Sequence record: SRR22947727_1956
Direction: 5' to 3' (one strand)
Length of the DNA stretch: 37,148 bases
Shown here: positions 8,836 to 18,334 of the stretch, piece by piece
Position numbering within the stretch: position 1 is the stretch's first letter
Layout: each line of letters begins with the position of its first letter
Notes under the pieces: model-generated
Database searches by the model: none
What the model saw: the letters and a program-made list of their open reading frames with translations, nothing else
Told to the model about the DNA's origin: nothing
Made by a program: the position numbers and the translations under genes

Positions 8836-10140
8836 TTACTCTGCCGCCTGCGCGCTTGGATTGTTTGGATGTTGTGTCCAATTCAAAGGTTCTGGTGTGA
8901 TCACCCGGTTGGTTCGCTCATCCAAAGCGCCAACGGGAAGCGTTTCCATTGTGATACAATCTTCGACAGGGCAAACATTCACACAGAGATTACACGCCAC
9001 GCATTCATCATCCTTAACCTCAAACACCCGATCGGCACTCATCGATATCGCTTGATGGCTGGTATCTTCGCACGCCGCGTAGCAGCGCCCGCATTGAATG
9101 CAATCTTCTTGGTTGATCCGCGCTTTGGTCACATGATTGAGGTTGAGATATTGCCAATCGGTGACTTGGGGAACGGCTTTGCCGATGAAGTCGTCTACCG
9201 CGGTGTACGATTTTTCATCCATCCATTCAGACAGGCCCGAAATCATCTCTTGCACGATTTTGAACCCATAGGTCATTGCAGCCGTGCAGACTTGTACATT
9301 GCCCGCCCCCAAAGCCATAAATTCAGCCGCATCGCGCCAAGTTGCAACCCCACCAATCCCTGAAATTGGCAGGCCTTGGGTATCTGCATGACGGGCGATC
9401 TGCGCCACCATATTCATCGCAATCGGTTTCACGGCAGGCCCGCAATAGCCACCATGGGTGCCCATGCCGTCAATCGTTGGGGTTGGGGCCATGACGTCCA
9501 GATCCACACCTGTGATCGAGGTAATGGTGTTGATCAGACTGACCGCATCCGCGCCACCGCGCATGGCGGCCTGCGCCGGTTGGCAAATATCGGCAATATT
9601 TGGCGTTAGTTTTACGATACAGGGCATCCGGCTATGCTGTTTGACCCAGCGCGTGACCATTTCCACATATTCGGGTACTTGGCCCACGGCAGATCCCATA
9701 CCGCGCTCGGCCATACCATGCGGACAGCCAAAATTCAGCTCTAGCCCATCGGCTTCGGTATCTTCGACATGCGCCAAAACGGCTTTCCACGCTTCTTCCT
9801 CGCATGGCACCATCAACGAGACGATCAGGGCGCGATCCGGATAATCGCGTTTCACCGATTTGATTTCTTGCAGATTGATTTCCAAAGGCCGGTCGGTGAT
9901 CAGTTCAATATTATTGAGGCCCAGAAGGCGGCGATCCGCGCCCCATATCGCGCCATAACGCGGCCCGCTGACATTCACAATCGGAGGGCCCTCTGAGCCG
10001 AGGGTTTTCCAAACCACGCCCCCCCAGCCGGCTTCAAACGCCCGGCGGACATTGTATTCTTTATCCGTCGGTGGCGCTGAGGCCAGCCAGAAAGGGTTGG
10101 GAGATTTGATGCCAATAAAATTGCTGGTTAAGTCTGCCAT
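8836..10140 (-). CDS. preA: NAD-dependent dihydropyrimidine dehydrogenase subunit PreA
   Basis: NPFWLASAPPT, ELNFGCPHG, VKLTPN, and two C-terminal CxxCxxCxxxC ferredoxin motifs. Confidence 0.96.
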   Translation of the reverse strand: MADLTSNFIGIKSPNPFWLASAPPTDKEYNVRRAFEAGWGGVVWKTLGSEGPPIVNVSGPRYGAIWGADRRLLGLNNIELITDRPLEINLQEIKSVKRDYPDRALIVSLMVPCEEEAWKAVLAHVEDTEADGLELNFGCPHGMAERGMGSAVGQVPEYVEMVTRWVKQHSRMPCIVKLTPNIADICQPAQAAMRGGADAVSLINTITSITGVDLDVMAPTPTIDGMGTHGGYCGPAVKPIAMNMVAQIARHADTQGLPISGIGGVATWRDAAEFMALGAGNVQVCTAAMTYGFKIVQEMISGLSEWMDEKSYTAVDDFIGKAVPQVTDWQYLNLNHVTKARINQEDCIQCGRCYAACEDTSHQAISMSADRVFEVKDDECVACNLCVNVCPVEDCITMETLPVGALDERTNRVITPEPLNWTQHPNNPSAQAAE

Positions 10141-10188
10141 CGTGTATATCCTTTCCTTGCCGCCTGTTAAAAGCGGTGTCTCGGGGCG

Positions 10189-11523
10189 TCAGCCCATAAG
10201 CGTTTGATGAATGCTCTCGGCGGCATCGCGGCCTTGCGCCACTGCGGTCACTGTCAGATCATCGCCGCCCGCGGCGCAATCCCCTCCGGCCCAAACCTTA
10301 GGATGTGAGGTTTGGCCATTTTGGGAAACCGCGATTTTTCGCCCCTCAAGTGTTAGGTCTGCCGGGGCGTCATATAAAGTTTGCCCAATTGCCTTGAATA
10401 CTTGATCTGCGGCCAGCCGAAAGGTTTCACCGGTGCGTTCAAGGCCCTTTTCTGAACTTCGCGTATAGGCGAATTCAACTTCCCGCACGGCGCCATTGCC
10501 ATGCACTGCGACCGGTTCTGCATTGGCGATAATATTCACGCCTTTGGTGGCCGCCAAATCCTGCTCATACAGCGAGGCATTCATTTGTGCGCGCCCCCGT
10601 CGATACACCAGATGGACATGCTCTGCCCCCAGCAGTTTTGCCTGCACCGAAGCATCCACCGCGGTCATTCCGCCCCCGATCACCACGATATTGCGGCCTA
10701 TTTCAAGCGCGGCCAAGTTCTCGGATTGGCGTAATTCATGGATGAATTCGACCGCATTTTCGACGTTGTCAATCTGCTCTGAGGGCAGCCCAAGCGCGTT
10801 CACGCCGCCAAGCCCCATACCCAAAAAAACGGCGTCATGATCCTCAAGCAGCTGCGGTAATTGTAGCTCTTGACCAAGCCGTTGGCCCAGATGCAGCTGA
10901 ATGCCTCCGATTTGAAGCAACCAATCCACTTCGGCAGCCGCAAAATCATTGGTTGATTTATAGGCGGCAATGCCAAATTCGTTCAAACCACCGGCTTTTT
11001 GCTGGGCGTCAAACAGGCTAACGTTATGGCCATGCATCGCCAAGCGATGCGCGCAGGCCAACCCGGCGGGTCCAGCGCCAATCACGGCGATTGTTTTGCC
11101 AGTTTCTGCGGCCCGCTTAAACGGGTGGGTGCCTGTATCCATCAGACTGTCTGTCGCATAGCGTTGTAAACGCCCGATCTCGACCGGCTTCCCCTCTGCG
11201 GCCTCGCGCACGCAGGCCTCTTCGCATAACGTTTCTGTTGGGCAGACTCGGGCGCACATACCCCCAAGGATATTTTGCGTTAATATTGTTTTCGCCGCTG
11301 CATCCGCTGTGCCAGTGGCGATTTGGCGAATGAATAGGGGAATATCAATATCGGTGGGGCAAGCGGTTATGCAGGGCGCGTCATAGCAAAAATAACAGCG
11401 ATCTGCGGCCACCAGCGCCTCGTGCCCATCCAAAGCGGGATGCAGATCAGAAAAGTTCTGGTGATAGGCCTCCGCGCTGAGGCGATGTGTTGCAATGCCG
11501 GATTCAGAATGCGAGTGTGACAT
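10189..11523 (-). CDS. preT: Dihydropyrimidine dehydrogenase subunit PreT (GltD-like)
   Basis: RCYFCYDAPC Fe-S motif, CARVCP, GAGPAG FAD motif, IGGGMTAVD; directly upstream of preA. Confidence 0.94.
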   Translation of the reverse strand: MSHSHSESGIATHRLSAEAYHQNFSDLHPALDGHEALVAADRCYFCYDAPCITACPTDIDIPLFIRQIATGTADAAAKTILTQNILGGMCARVCPTETLCEEACVREAAEGKPVEIGRLQRYATDSLMDTGTHPFKRAAETGKTIAVIGAGPAGLACAHRLAMHGHNVSLFDAQQKAGGLNEFGIAAYKSTNDFAAAEVDWLLQIGGIQLHLGQRLGQELQLPQLLEDHDAVFLGMGLGGVNALGLPSEQIDNVENAVEFIHELRQSENLAALEIGRNIVVIGGGMTAVDASVQAKLLGAEHVHLVYRRGRAQMNASLYEQDLAATKGVNIIANAEPVAVHGNGAVREVEFAYTRSSEKGLERTGETFRLAADQVFKAIGQTLYDAPADLTLEGRKIAVSQNGQTSHPKVWAGGDCAAGGDDLTVTAVAQGRDAAESIHQTLMG

Positions 11524-11576
11524 GCTGCTCTTTCCTTAAGTCTAACGGGTGCTGAATGGTGGCACATAATAAAAAT

Positions 11577-11592
11577 TTTATCAATTGGTAAA
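11577..11592. promoter_or_regulatory. Second RutR-type operator TTTATCAATTGGTAAA
   Basis: Near-palindrome one mismatch from TTTACCAATTGGTAAA, with the same 16-bp geometry as the 7511 site; lies between divergent preT and the DMT gene. Confidence 0.72.
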
Positions 11593-11664
11593 AAAATTGA
11601 AGAATCAAAGCTGATTTGGGCTATGCTGCCCGCAGTTACTGCGAAAACGGAATGAAGGTTAAAT

Positions 11665-12570
11665 TTGCACAAAACCAATTTATACGCGCATGCGAGCATG
11701 GTTTTGTTTTCGCTTTTGGTTGCCGGGTCGTTTCCGATCGGGCAAGTGATCGCCTATCAGATCGATCCAATCGCGCTGACTTTTCTGCGGTTTTTGCTCG
11801 CCTCTGTTTTACTGGGCGCGTTTTTAGCCTGGCGTGGCGCGTTTCGAAGCGCTGATTTTCGTCTTTTGTGGCGCTACCTTCTATTGGGGGGCAGCTTTTC
11901 CTTTTATTTTATTTTTATGTTCGAGGCGCTGGAAACTGCAACGCCGGTAGCGACTTCAAGCATTTTCACGTTGATGCCCTTCATTGCAATCTGCTTGGAC
12001 CGTGCGTTTTTTGCCAAGCGTGCAGGGTGGCCGCTGCTGCTGTCTTTGCTGCTTGGCGCGTGGGGCGCCTTGATTGTTGTGTTCAGAGGCGAGCTTTCCA
12101 ACCTTCTGGCGCTTAGTCTTGAGCGCGGCGAGGGGCTGTTTTTTCTGGGCACAGCGGCGCATGCGTTTTATGCGGTGATGGTGCCAAAGCTGCGTCGTGG
12201 AGAATCTGCGCTGGTGTTCAGCTTCGGCGTGATGGTGGCGGCAACCCTATTGATTTTTATCGCAGCGCCGCGCCCGATTTTGGCGCTTGATGTGACACAA
12301 TTGGGGGCGCCAGTTTATTGGTCTTTGGTATATCTGGCTATTTTCTCAAGTATTTGCAGTTTCAGTTGTTTAAATTACGCGTCTGCCTATTTGTCGAGCG
12401 GCCAACTGACCGCCTATACATTTTTAACACCGTTTTGGGTGGCCTTGCTTGGTCTGCAGTTTTTGGAACAAAAAGTTGCGCCATATATGATGGTGGGCGG
12501 CAGCTTAATTTTGATCAGTTTGATTTTCCTGCTTCTTTCAGGCCGGCAAAGGGGGCAGGCGAAACCGTGA
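11665..12570 (+). CDS. DMT/EamA family transporter
   Basis: About 10 hydrophobic segments in two EamA-like halves (IDPIALTFLRFLLA; LVYLAIFSS...LTPFW); TTG start. Confidence 0.88.
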   Translation: MHKTNLYAHASMVLFSLLVAGSFPIGQVIAYQIDPIALTFLRFLLASVLLGAFLAWRGAFRSADFRLLWRYLLLGGSFSFYFIFMFEALETATPVATSSIFTLMPFIAICLDRAFFAKRAGWPLLLSLLLGAWGALIVVFRGELSNLLALSLERGEGLFFLGTAAHAFYAVMVPKLRRGESALVFSFGVMVAATLLIFIAAPRPILALDVTQLGAPVYWSLVYLAIFSSICSFSCLNYASAYLSSGQLTAYTFLTPFWVALLGLQFLEQKVAPYMMVGGSLILISLIFLLLSGRQRGQAKP

Positions 12571-12699
12571 AACCGCTTAGCCGGGCGCGCAAAAGGGGGG
12601 TATGTCAAGACTGCGCACGGGCGCTTTGTCCAGAGTGAAGCATACTGCAGTGAAGCATGGCTGCGCCTTGTTTTTTTGACGCGTTGGGGGCGGGGTGCT

Positions 12700-13734
12700 T
12701 TAGCTGAGCCAGGCGTTTAGCTGTGAAGCCTTGAGCGGGGCGCGGACCCGCGCGCGCTGCAATTCGATCAAACCAAGCGTTGTCCAGCCTACGAAATTGG
12801 TTTCAATAGGCTCGGCGCGCAAAGCGGCTTTCAGCGCCGTTTCAACTTGCCGGCGGTCTTTTTTCGCCATGGGCGCTGGATCAATCACGATTTGTCCGCC
12901 AAGGCCGCGCAGCCGAAGTTGGCGCGGTAAATCGCGCGCCATGGCTAGATTTGTTTTTAACCCTGTTGCGGGTGATCCATCGCTGCCTGTATCCACATCC
13001 ACGGCGGTAAAAGCCCGGGTTTGCTCGATATAATAAAGCCCCTGCGCGATGGGGGTGCCGGCTTTGGTTAGGTCGCCAAGCTGATCCAGCACGCCGTAAT
13101 CGGCAAAACAGCCATCATGGGTGATAATCTCGGCCGGCTCTGACCAATCCCGCCAGGCTTGCAGGTGCACGCCATCTGCGGCCGCCAAGCATAGCGGGGT
13201 ACTTGACGTCTGCTCTGATATCTCTTGAGCGCGCGCCAGCATGGTTTCGGCATCGTCTAAAATATCTGTATCGTTACCCTCGGCGCAGGCTGATCGCAAA
13301 ATCATTCCCATCTCCAAAGGCCCCAACGCGTCATGTATCAGGGCCTGCAAAGCCTCGCGCCGTTCCTCATCGCGAATGCTGCGCGAAACGTTCAATCCGG
13401 GTGCCTTTGGCGTGACAATAACATAGCGGCTTTTGAACAAGAGCTTGGTGGTCACCGGAATGGCTTTCCCTGGCTCTGCATAGCCGGTCACTTGTACATT
13501 CAGCGCTTGGCCTGGGGCCAATCCTTTAATCTGGCGCAAAAATGCCGAGCCATCGGGGGTGCGCAGGAACATACCGCCTTGGCCTTTCACAGGCCGGTCC
13601 GCAATTGCGCGATAGACGGTGCCGGGGGCAGGGCCGATGCCTTCAAATAAAAGGTCTTCTAAGCGCCCATCCAGCAGTTTTGCGGCCGCGGGCCGACCGC
13701 CTAAACGGTCAAGTAAAATCAAACGCCCGATCAT
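12700..13734 (-). CDS. Ribonuclease E/G family protein (short RNase G-like form)
   Basis: [29 protein letters not shown] and [14 protein letters not shown] motifs; ATG at 13734 overlaps the maf stop (ATGA). Confidence 0.9.
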   Translation of the reverse strand: MIGRLILLDRLGGRPAAAKLLDGRLEDLLFEGIGPAPGTVYRAIADRPVKGQGGMFLRTPDGSAFLRQIKGLAPGQALNVQVTGYAEPGKAIPVTTKLLFKSRYVIVTPKAPGLNVSRSIRDEERREALQALIHDALGPLEMGMILRSACAEGNDTDILDDAETMLARAQEISEQTSSTPLCLAAADGVHLQAWRDWSEPAEIITHDGCFADYGVLDQLGDLTKAGTPIAQGLYYIEQTRAFTAVDVDTGSDGSPATGLKTNLAMARDLPRQLRLRGLGGQIVIDPAPMAKKDRRQVETALKAALRAEPIETNFVGWTTLGLIELQRARVRAPLKASQLNAWLS

Positions 13735-14309
13735 GATATGCCCTGATATACGGGGTAACCGGCGCTTTGCAGCAACGCTGCGGTTTCGGCGAGTGGTAGG
13801 CCCATTATGGCGCTGAAGGACCCGCTGATCCAAGGGATAAAGGCCGCCGCCGGCCCTTGAATGCCATAGCCGCCGGCTTTGCCGCGCCAATCATCACTGT
13901 CTAAATAGGCCTGTTTTTCTAGCTGTGACAAGGGCTTCATTTTGACTGCGCTTTGCACCTCTTTTTGCCAAATCTTTTCACCTTGTCGTAGAGTGATTGC
14001 GGTGATCACGCGGTGGCGGCGCCCAGAAAGTGCGGATAAAAACCGGTCTGCTTCTGCGCGGTCTGTCGGCTTTCCCATGATCCGCCGCCCAAGCGCCACG
14101 GTTGTATCGCCGCATAAAATCATATCGCTTGGATCGGCTGCAATCGCCTGGGCTTTAAGCAAGCTGATGCGGCGGCAATAGGCCCGCGGCAGCTCGGTTT
14201 TCAGCGGCGTTTCATCCACATCGGGCGGCATAATCGCATCCGCGCGCAGGCCAATCTGGGCCAACAACTCTTTGCGGCGCGGGCTTGCAGATCCAAGAAT
14301 AAGCCGCAA
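13731..14309 (-). CDS. maf: Maf family nucleoside triphosphate pyrophosphatase
   Basis: [29 protein letters not shown] and GLPL motifs. Confidence 0.95.
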   Translation of the reverse strand: MRLILGSASPRRKELLAQIGLRADAIMPPDVDETPLKTELPRAYCRRISLLKAQAIAADPSDMILCGDTTVALGRRIMGKPTDRAEADRFLSALSGRRHRVITAITLRQGEKIWQKEVQSAVKMKPLSQLEKQAYLDSDDWRGKAGGYGIQGPAAAFIPWISGSFSAIMGLPLAETAALLQSAGYPVYQGIS

Positions 14310-14314
14310 GGTTG

Positions 14315-14533
14315 TTATTTGAACCGGTAGTTGATGCGCCCTTTGGTCAGATCGTAAGGAGTCATTTCAACTTGTACCTTATCACCTGCCAAAACCCGAA
14401 TACGGTTCTTGCGCATTTTTCCTGCCGTATGTGCGATGATCTCATGGCCGTTTTCAAGCTCGACCCGAAACGTCGCATTAGGCAAGAGTTCCTTAACGAC
14501 ACCTGGAAATTCGAGCGTATCTTCCTTGGCCAT
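14315..14533 (-). CDS. infA: Translation initiation factor IF-1
   Basis: [30 protein letters not shown]...[23 protein letters not shown], 72 aa; AAAGGAGA RBS. Confidence 0.98.
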   Translation of the reverse strand: MAKEDTLEFPGVVKELLPNATFRVELENGHEIIAHTAGKMRKNRIRVLAGDKVQVEMTPYDLTKGRINYRFK

Positions 14534-14772
14534 GGTCTCTCCTTTTAATCCGTTACGCCCTAGCAACAAGCGCCGCTCTCCCATGAAGCTATTTTGCCTT
14601 TAATTCAAGCCTTCAATCGCATCTGCCGCAGATATGTTGCCTAAGCGCATCGTATTCAGGCCTATTTTGGGCATGAGGACGGGTTTATCGGCGTTTTCCC
14701 ATAATGACCTGTCGCTTTACCGCAACCGGCGCCTTTGCATTAGGTGCTTTGCCGCGCCATATGGAAAAGCCC

Positions 14773-14801
14773 TTGATTTATTACAAAAAACCCAGCATAC
14801 A
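14773..14801 (+). promoter_or_regulatory. Putative sigma70 promoter of the cold-shock gene (TTGATT-N17-CATACA)
   Basis: Motif spacing read directly; would give a leader of about 110 nt, as is typical for csp genes. Confidence 0.4.
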
Positions 14802-14916
14802 CGCCACGCGACGTTATTTCTATCGACCTACTGCTCCAAACGGCCAGTCTTTCGATCTTGTTCTGACTGAGCCGAGCTGCCGCATGATGTGGGCAGATAA
14901 TTTAGGAGATGACCCA

Positions 14917-15123
14917 ATGGCAACTGGGACAGTAAAGTGGTTCAACAACACCAAAGGCTACGGCTTTATCGCCCCCGATGGCGGCAGCAAAGATGTTTTC
15001 GTGCATATTTCTGCGGTAGAACGGTCAGGACTGACCGGCTTGGCCGACAATCAGAAAGTGACCTTTGACATCGAACCCGGCCGCGATGGCCGCGAGGCAG
15101 CGGTGAACATCTCTGTCGCATAA
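14917..15123 (+). CDS. cspA: Cold-shock protein (CspA family)
   Basis: [18 protein letters not shown] (RNP1) and DVFVHISA (RNP2), 68 aa; AGGAGA RBS. Confidence 0.96.
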   Translation: MATGTVKWFNNTKGYGFIAPDGGSKDVFVHISAVERSGLTGLADNQKVTFDIEPGRDGREAAVNISVA

Positions 15124-15143
15124 GCGCAGAGTGATGAGAATTC

Positions 15144-15165
15144 CGAGCGCCCGTTAGGGCGCTCG
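15144..15165 (+). terminator. Hairpin downstream of the csp gene, putative terminator
   Basis: 9-bp perfect stem CGAGCGCCC-GTTA-GGGCGCTCG; no strong U-tract. Confidence 0.55.
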
Positions 15166-15528
15166 TGCACAGTCTGAAGGTTGAAAACGTCGCTTTTCCG
15201 GTGCAGGTAGATATAGCTAAACCTTCAATATTTACGCCCATCATTTTATCATTAGACGGCTTGGCTTCGGGGTTCTTTGCCACTGGCTCCGAATGGTTTT
15301 TATGCTTTTCATTTAGTTTCAATGCAGCTCCGCATAGAAACATACAGCCCAGAGAAACTTGCTGTGAGGGCGTGGTCTGGCGCGGGTTTCAGGGACGCTA
15401 TAGTTTCATCGACATCGCGACCTTGACGGAGAGGCTTTTGAATGCCCCATCTGTTTGAGGTTTAGCGCCAGCCCATCGCATGTTACAAATGAAGACAGCT
15501 GTCGTATTAAATATGGAAGGGCTCGTTT

Positions 15529-16398
15529 ATGTCTGAAAAATCGGATCGCAGCGATAGCGTGTCCTTTCCTCGGCAGATCGCGGATGGGATTATTCAAGCA
15601 ATACGGCTTGCGGCGCAGCAGGAAATCCTACCTCATTTTCGCGCTTTGCAGCCAGAGCAGATTGCGCAAAAATCCGATGCGTTGGATTTGGTGACAACGG
15701 CTGATTTGGCCTCTGAAGCTTTGATCACAGAGGCTTTGTCAGCTTTGTTCCCTGATGCACTTATCATCGGAGAAGAGGCCGTTGCGCGCAGCCCCGGGCT
15801 TTTGGATAATATCGAATCTGCCCCTTTATGCTTTATTATAGATCCTATCGATGGCACGTGGAATTATGCCAACGGATTGGCGACCTTTGGCGTAATAGTT
15901 GCCGCAACGCGGTTTGGGCAGCCTATCTTCGGCCTGCTCTATGATCCGTTGCAAGATGATTACATGATCGCTGAGCAGGGCGTGGAAGGCGCGGGCTTTG
16001 TGGCCTCTTGTGGCGCCAAAAAATCGCTCAAAACCTCAGTCGGGGGCGCGCTGAACCAGCTAAATGGTTTCATCCATCTGTATCAAGTGCCTGCCCCGAA
16101 ACAGGCACGGCTTGCTGCTTGCTTGCCGCATTTTGGGAATATGTCAAATTTGCGCTGTTCCTGCCATGAATACCGTCTTCTGGCGCAAGGGAGTTTCGAT
16201 TTTTGCCTGGCCGGAATCGTGAAGCCTTGGGATCATGCTGCAGGGGTTTTGATATGCCAGAAAGCCGGTGGTTATGTGAAAATGCTTGATGGTCGGGAAT
16301 ATTCGGCTGCCCATAAAGACGGATATTTGCTGGCCGCTTGCGATCAGGCAACATGGAATAGATTACAAGAGCTGTTTGCGTTTTTACTCACGCCATGA
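15529..16398 (+). CDS. Inositol monophosphatase family protein
   Basis: DLVTTAD, IIGEE, IIDPIDGTWNY and PWDHAAG motifs. Confidence 0.93.
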   Translation: MSEKSDRSDSVSFPRQIADGIIQAIRLAAQQEILPHFRALQPEQIAQKSDALDLVTTADLASEALITEALSALFPDALIIGEEAVARSPGLLDNIESAPLCFIIDPIDGTWNYANGLATFGVIVAATRFGQPIFGLLYDPLQDDYMIAEQGVEGAGFVASCGAKKSLKTSVGGALNQLNGFIHLYQVPAPKQARLAACLPHFGNMSNLRCSCHEYRLLAQGSFDFCLAGIVKPWDHAAGVLICQKAGGYVKMLDGREYSAAHKDGYLLAACDQATWNRLQELFAFLLTP

Positions 16399-16499
16399 TG
16401 CTTGTAAGCTGCGAAAATACTTCGCCCGCGTGCCGAAGGGCCTTTTGTTAGCGGTGCCGCGCGGCTAAAATATAAAATGGATGATGCGAAAAAAGGAAC

Positions 16500-16724
16500 A
16501 TGATGGAACAGGAAGCTGCCGCATTCGCGGCCCGTTTGGAAGGGCTAGAAGTGCATCTGGCCCATATCAGCAAGGCCAATGAGGATCTTTCGGATATGGT
16601 GGCGCAGCATCAAAAAGATTTGGCGCGCTTGGCTCGTATGGTTGAAATGCTCGCGACGCGCGAAGCAGAGCGTGAGGCGCAAGGCGCGGAAGTGATCGCG
16701 GATGCGCCACCTCCGCATTATTAA
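16500..16724 (+). CDS. slyX: SlyX family protein
   Basis: Coiled coil RLEGLEVHLAH...LSDMVAQ and the diagnostic C-terminal PPHY; AAAGGA RBS (start 16500 or 16503). Confidence 0.9.
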   Translation: MMEQEAAAFAARLEGLEVHLAHISKANEDLSDMVAQHQKDLARLARMVEMLATREAEREAQGAEVIADAPPPHY

Positions 16725-16802
16725 ATGCAAATTTTATTTGTCAGATCTTTGTTGGTCCTTTAGGTTCCACATGTCCACAAGGGATAAAAGGCAGTACTCG
16801 TT

Positions 16803-18230
16803 ATGAAATATCAGTTCCTATTGGTTTCACTGTTTGGCGCGCAATTGGCGTTGTTAAGCCCTGTTGTGGCGCAGAACGCCAGCGTGGTGACCAAACAATA
16901 TGATGATGGCGGCGTCTATGAGGGAACTTTTAAGAATGGCTTGCAGCATGGCACCGGAACCTATCGCCTGCCCAATGGCTATGAATATACGGGCACTTGG
17001 ACAAATGGTGAAATATTGGGCGAAGGCGTGGCAAATTTTCCAAATGGGTCGGTCTATGAAGGCAGCTTTGCCAAAGGTAAGCCCGAGGGCCAAGGTAAGA
17101 TCACCTTTGCCGATGGCGGTACCTATTCTGGCAGTTGGGCTGACGGTAAAATAACCGGATCCGGCATCGCAACCTATGCCAATGGATCAATTTATGAAGG
17201 CGCCTTTCGAAACGCCATGCATCATGGTCGCGGTGTGATGACGAACCCGGATGGGTATCGTTATGAAGGGGATTGGGTAGATGGTGTAAAGGAAGGTACC
17301 GCGGAAATCGCGTATCCCGATGGCGCCATTTACAAAGGTGCGATCGTGCGCGGGGCGCGCGAGGGGCGCGGCGTGTTGGAAATGTCAGAAGGTTTGATTT
17401 TTGATGGCATTTGGAAAGATGGCGAAATAACAGGCCTTGGCAAACTTATTCAGCCAAATGGCGATATTTATGAAGGTATGCTGGTGGCTGGGCGCCGTCA
17501 GGGCCCGGGCCGGGTAACTTACGCCAATGGCGATATCTATGATGGCAATTTTGAAGCCGACCAACGCCAAGGGTTGGGGCAATTTATCGGCACCGATGGC
17601 TATGAATATAATGGCAATTGGGAAGATGGCCAAATCAAAGGCGATGGCAAAGTGATTTATCCCGACGGATCGGTCTATGCCGGTGCGTTTGAAGCAGGCT
17701 TGGCAAACGGTCTTGGTAAAATCGACTACCCGGATGGCTCAAGCTATCAGGGCGAATGGAGCCAAGGCGTGATTGAGGGCGAGGGGCTGGCCACCTACGC
17801 CAATGGCATCACGTATAAAGGCGGGTTCCAGAATGCAAAAAATCATGGCATGGGGTTGATGACCTATACAGATGGCTATACCTATGATGGCATGTGGCAA
17901 GAGGGTATGCGGCATGGGTCCGGCAAGGCCACATTTGCCGATGGTATGGTGTATGAGGGCGATTATGTTGACGGGAAGCGCAACGGCAAAGGCAAAATAA
18001 CGCTTGCCGATGGGTTTACTTATGAAGGCGATTGGCAAAATGGCGAGATCACCGGAAACGGTGTGGCAACCTATGCCAATGGGGATGTCTATGAAGGCAA
18101 TTTTGTAAAGGGCAAGCGGCAAGGGGAAGGCACGATCACCTTTGCAACGGGCCAAGAGCAAACGGGCGAATGGAAAAATGGCGCCTTGGTTGCCACGGAT
18201 AAAGACGGCGTTGTCGAGGAAGAAAATTAA
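16803..18230 (+). CDS. Secreted MORN-repeat protein (about 19 repeats)
   Basis: N-terminal signal peptide (..SPVVA|Q), then 23-aa repeats of the form Y-x-G-x-[FW]-x-x-G-x-x-x-G-x-G. Confidence 0.93.
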   Translation: MKYQFLLVSLFGAQLALLSPVVAQNASVVTKQYDDGGVYEGTFKNGLQHGTGTYRLPNGYEYTGTWTNGEILGEGVANFPNGSVYEGSFAKGKPEGQGKITFADGGTYSGSWADGKITGSGIATYANGSIYEGAFRNAMHHGRGVMTNPDGYRYEGDWVDGVKEGTAEIAYPDGAIYKGAIVRGAREGRGVLEMSEGLIFDGIWKDGEITGLGKLIQPNGDIYEGMLVAGRRQGPGRVTYANGDIYDGNFEADQRQGLGQFIGTDGYEYNGNWEDGQIKGDGKVIYPDGSVYAGAFEAGLANGLGKIDYPDGSSYQGEWSQGVIEGEGLATYANGITYKGGFQNAKNHGMGLMTYTDGYTYDGMWQEGMRHGSGKATFADGMVYEGDYVDGKRNGKGKITLADGFTYEGDWQNGEITGNGVATYANGDVYEGNFVKGKRQGEGTITFATGQEQTGEWKNGALVATDKDGVVEEEN

Positions 18231-18334
18231 ACCTTCCCCATAAGATCGCGGCGTGCTTCATCATCAAGCAGGCAGCGCGCACCCATTGTTTCGAAAGGGT
18301 GGCGCAGGCTCGGATCTGCTACACCATATTTGCG

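Noticed and set aside
12571..12699. tRNA gene downstream of RNase E/G
   Set aside because: No T-arm GGTTCGA motif or cloverleaf on either strand
13735..13890. N-terminal extension of RNase E/G given in the ORF track
   Set aside because: Overlaps maf in another frame; the ATG at 13734 with ATGA coupling is the better start
14704..14916. Long N-terminal extension of the cold-shock protein
   Set aside because: The canonical 68-aa Csp starts at 14917 with an AGGAGA RBS; the upstream sequence is promoter and leader
16803..18230. DNA-level repeat array or enzyme call for the MORN gene
   Set aside because: The periodicity is at the protein level with diverged codons, and no catalytic domain is present
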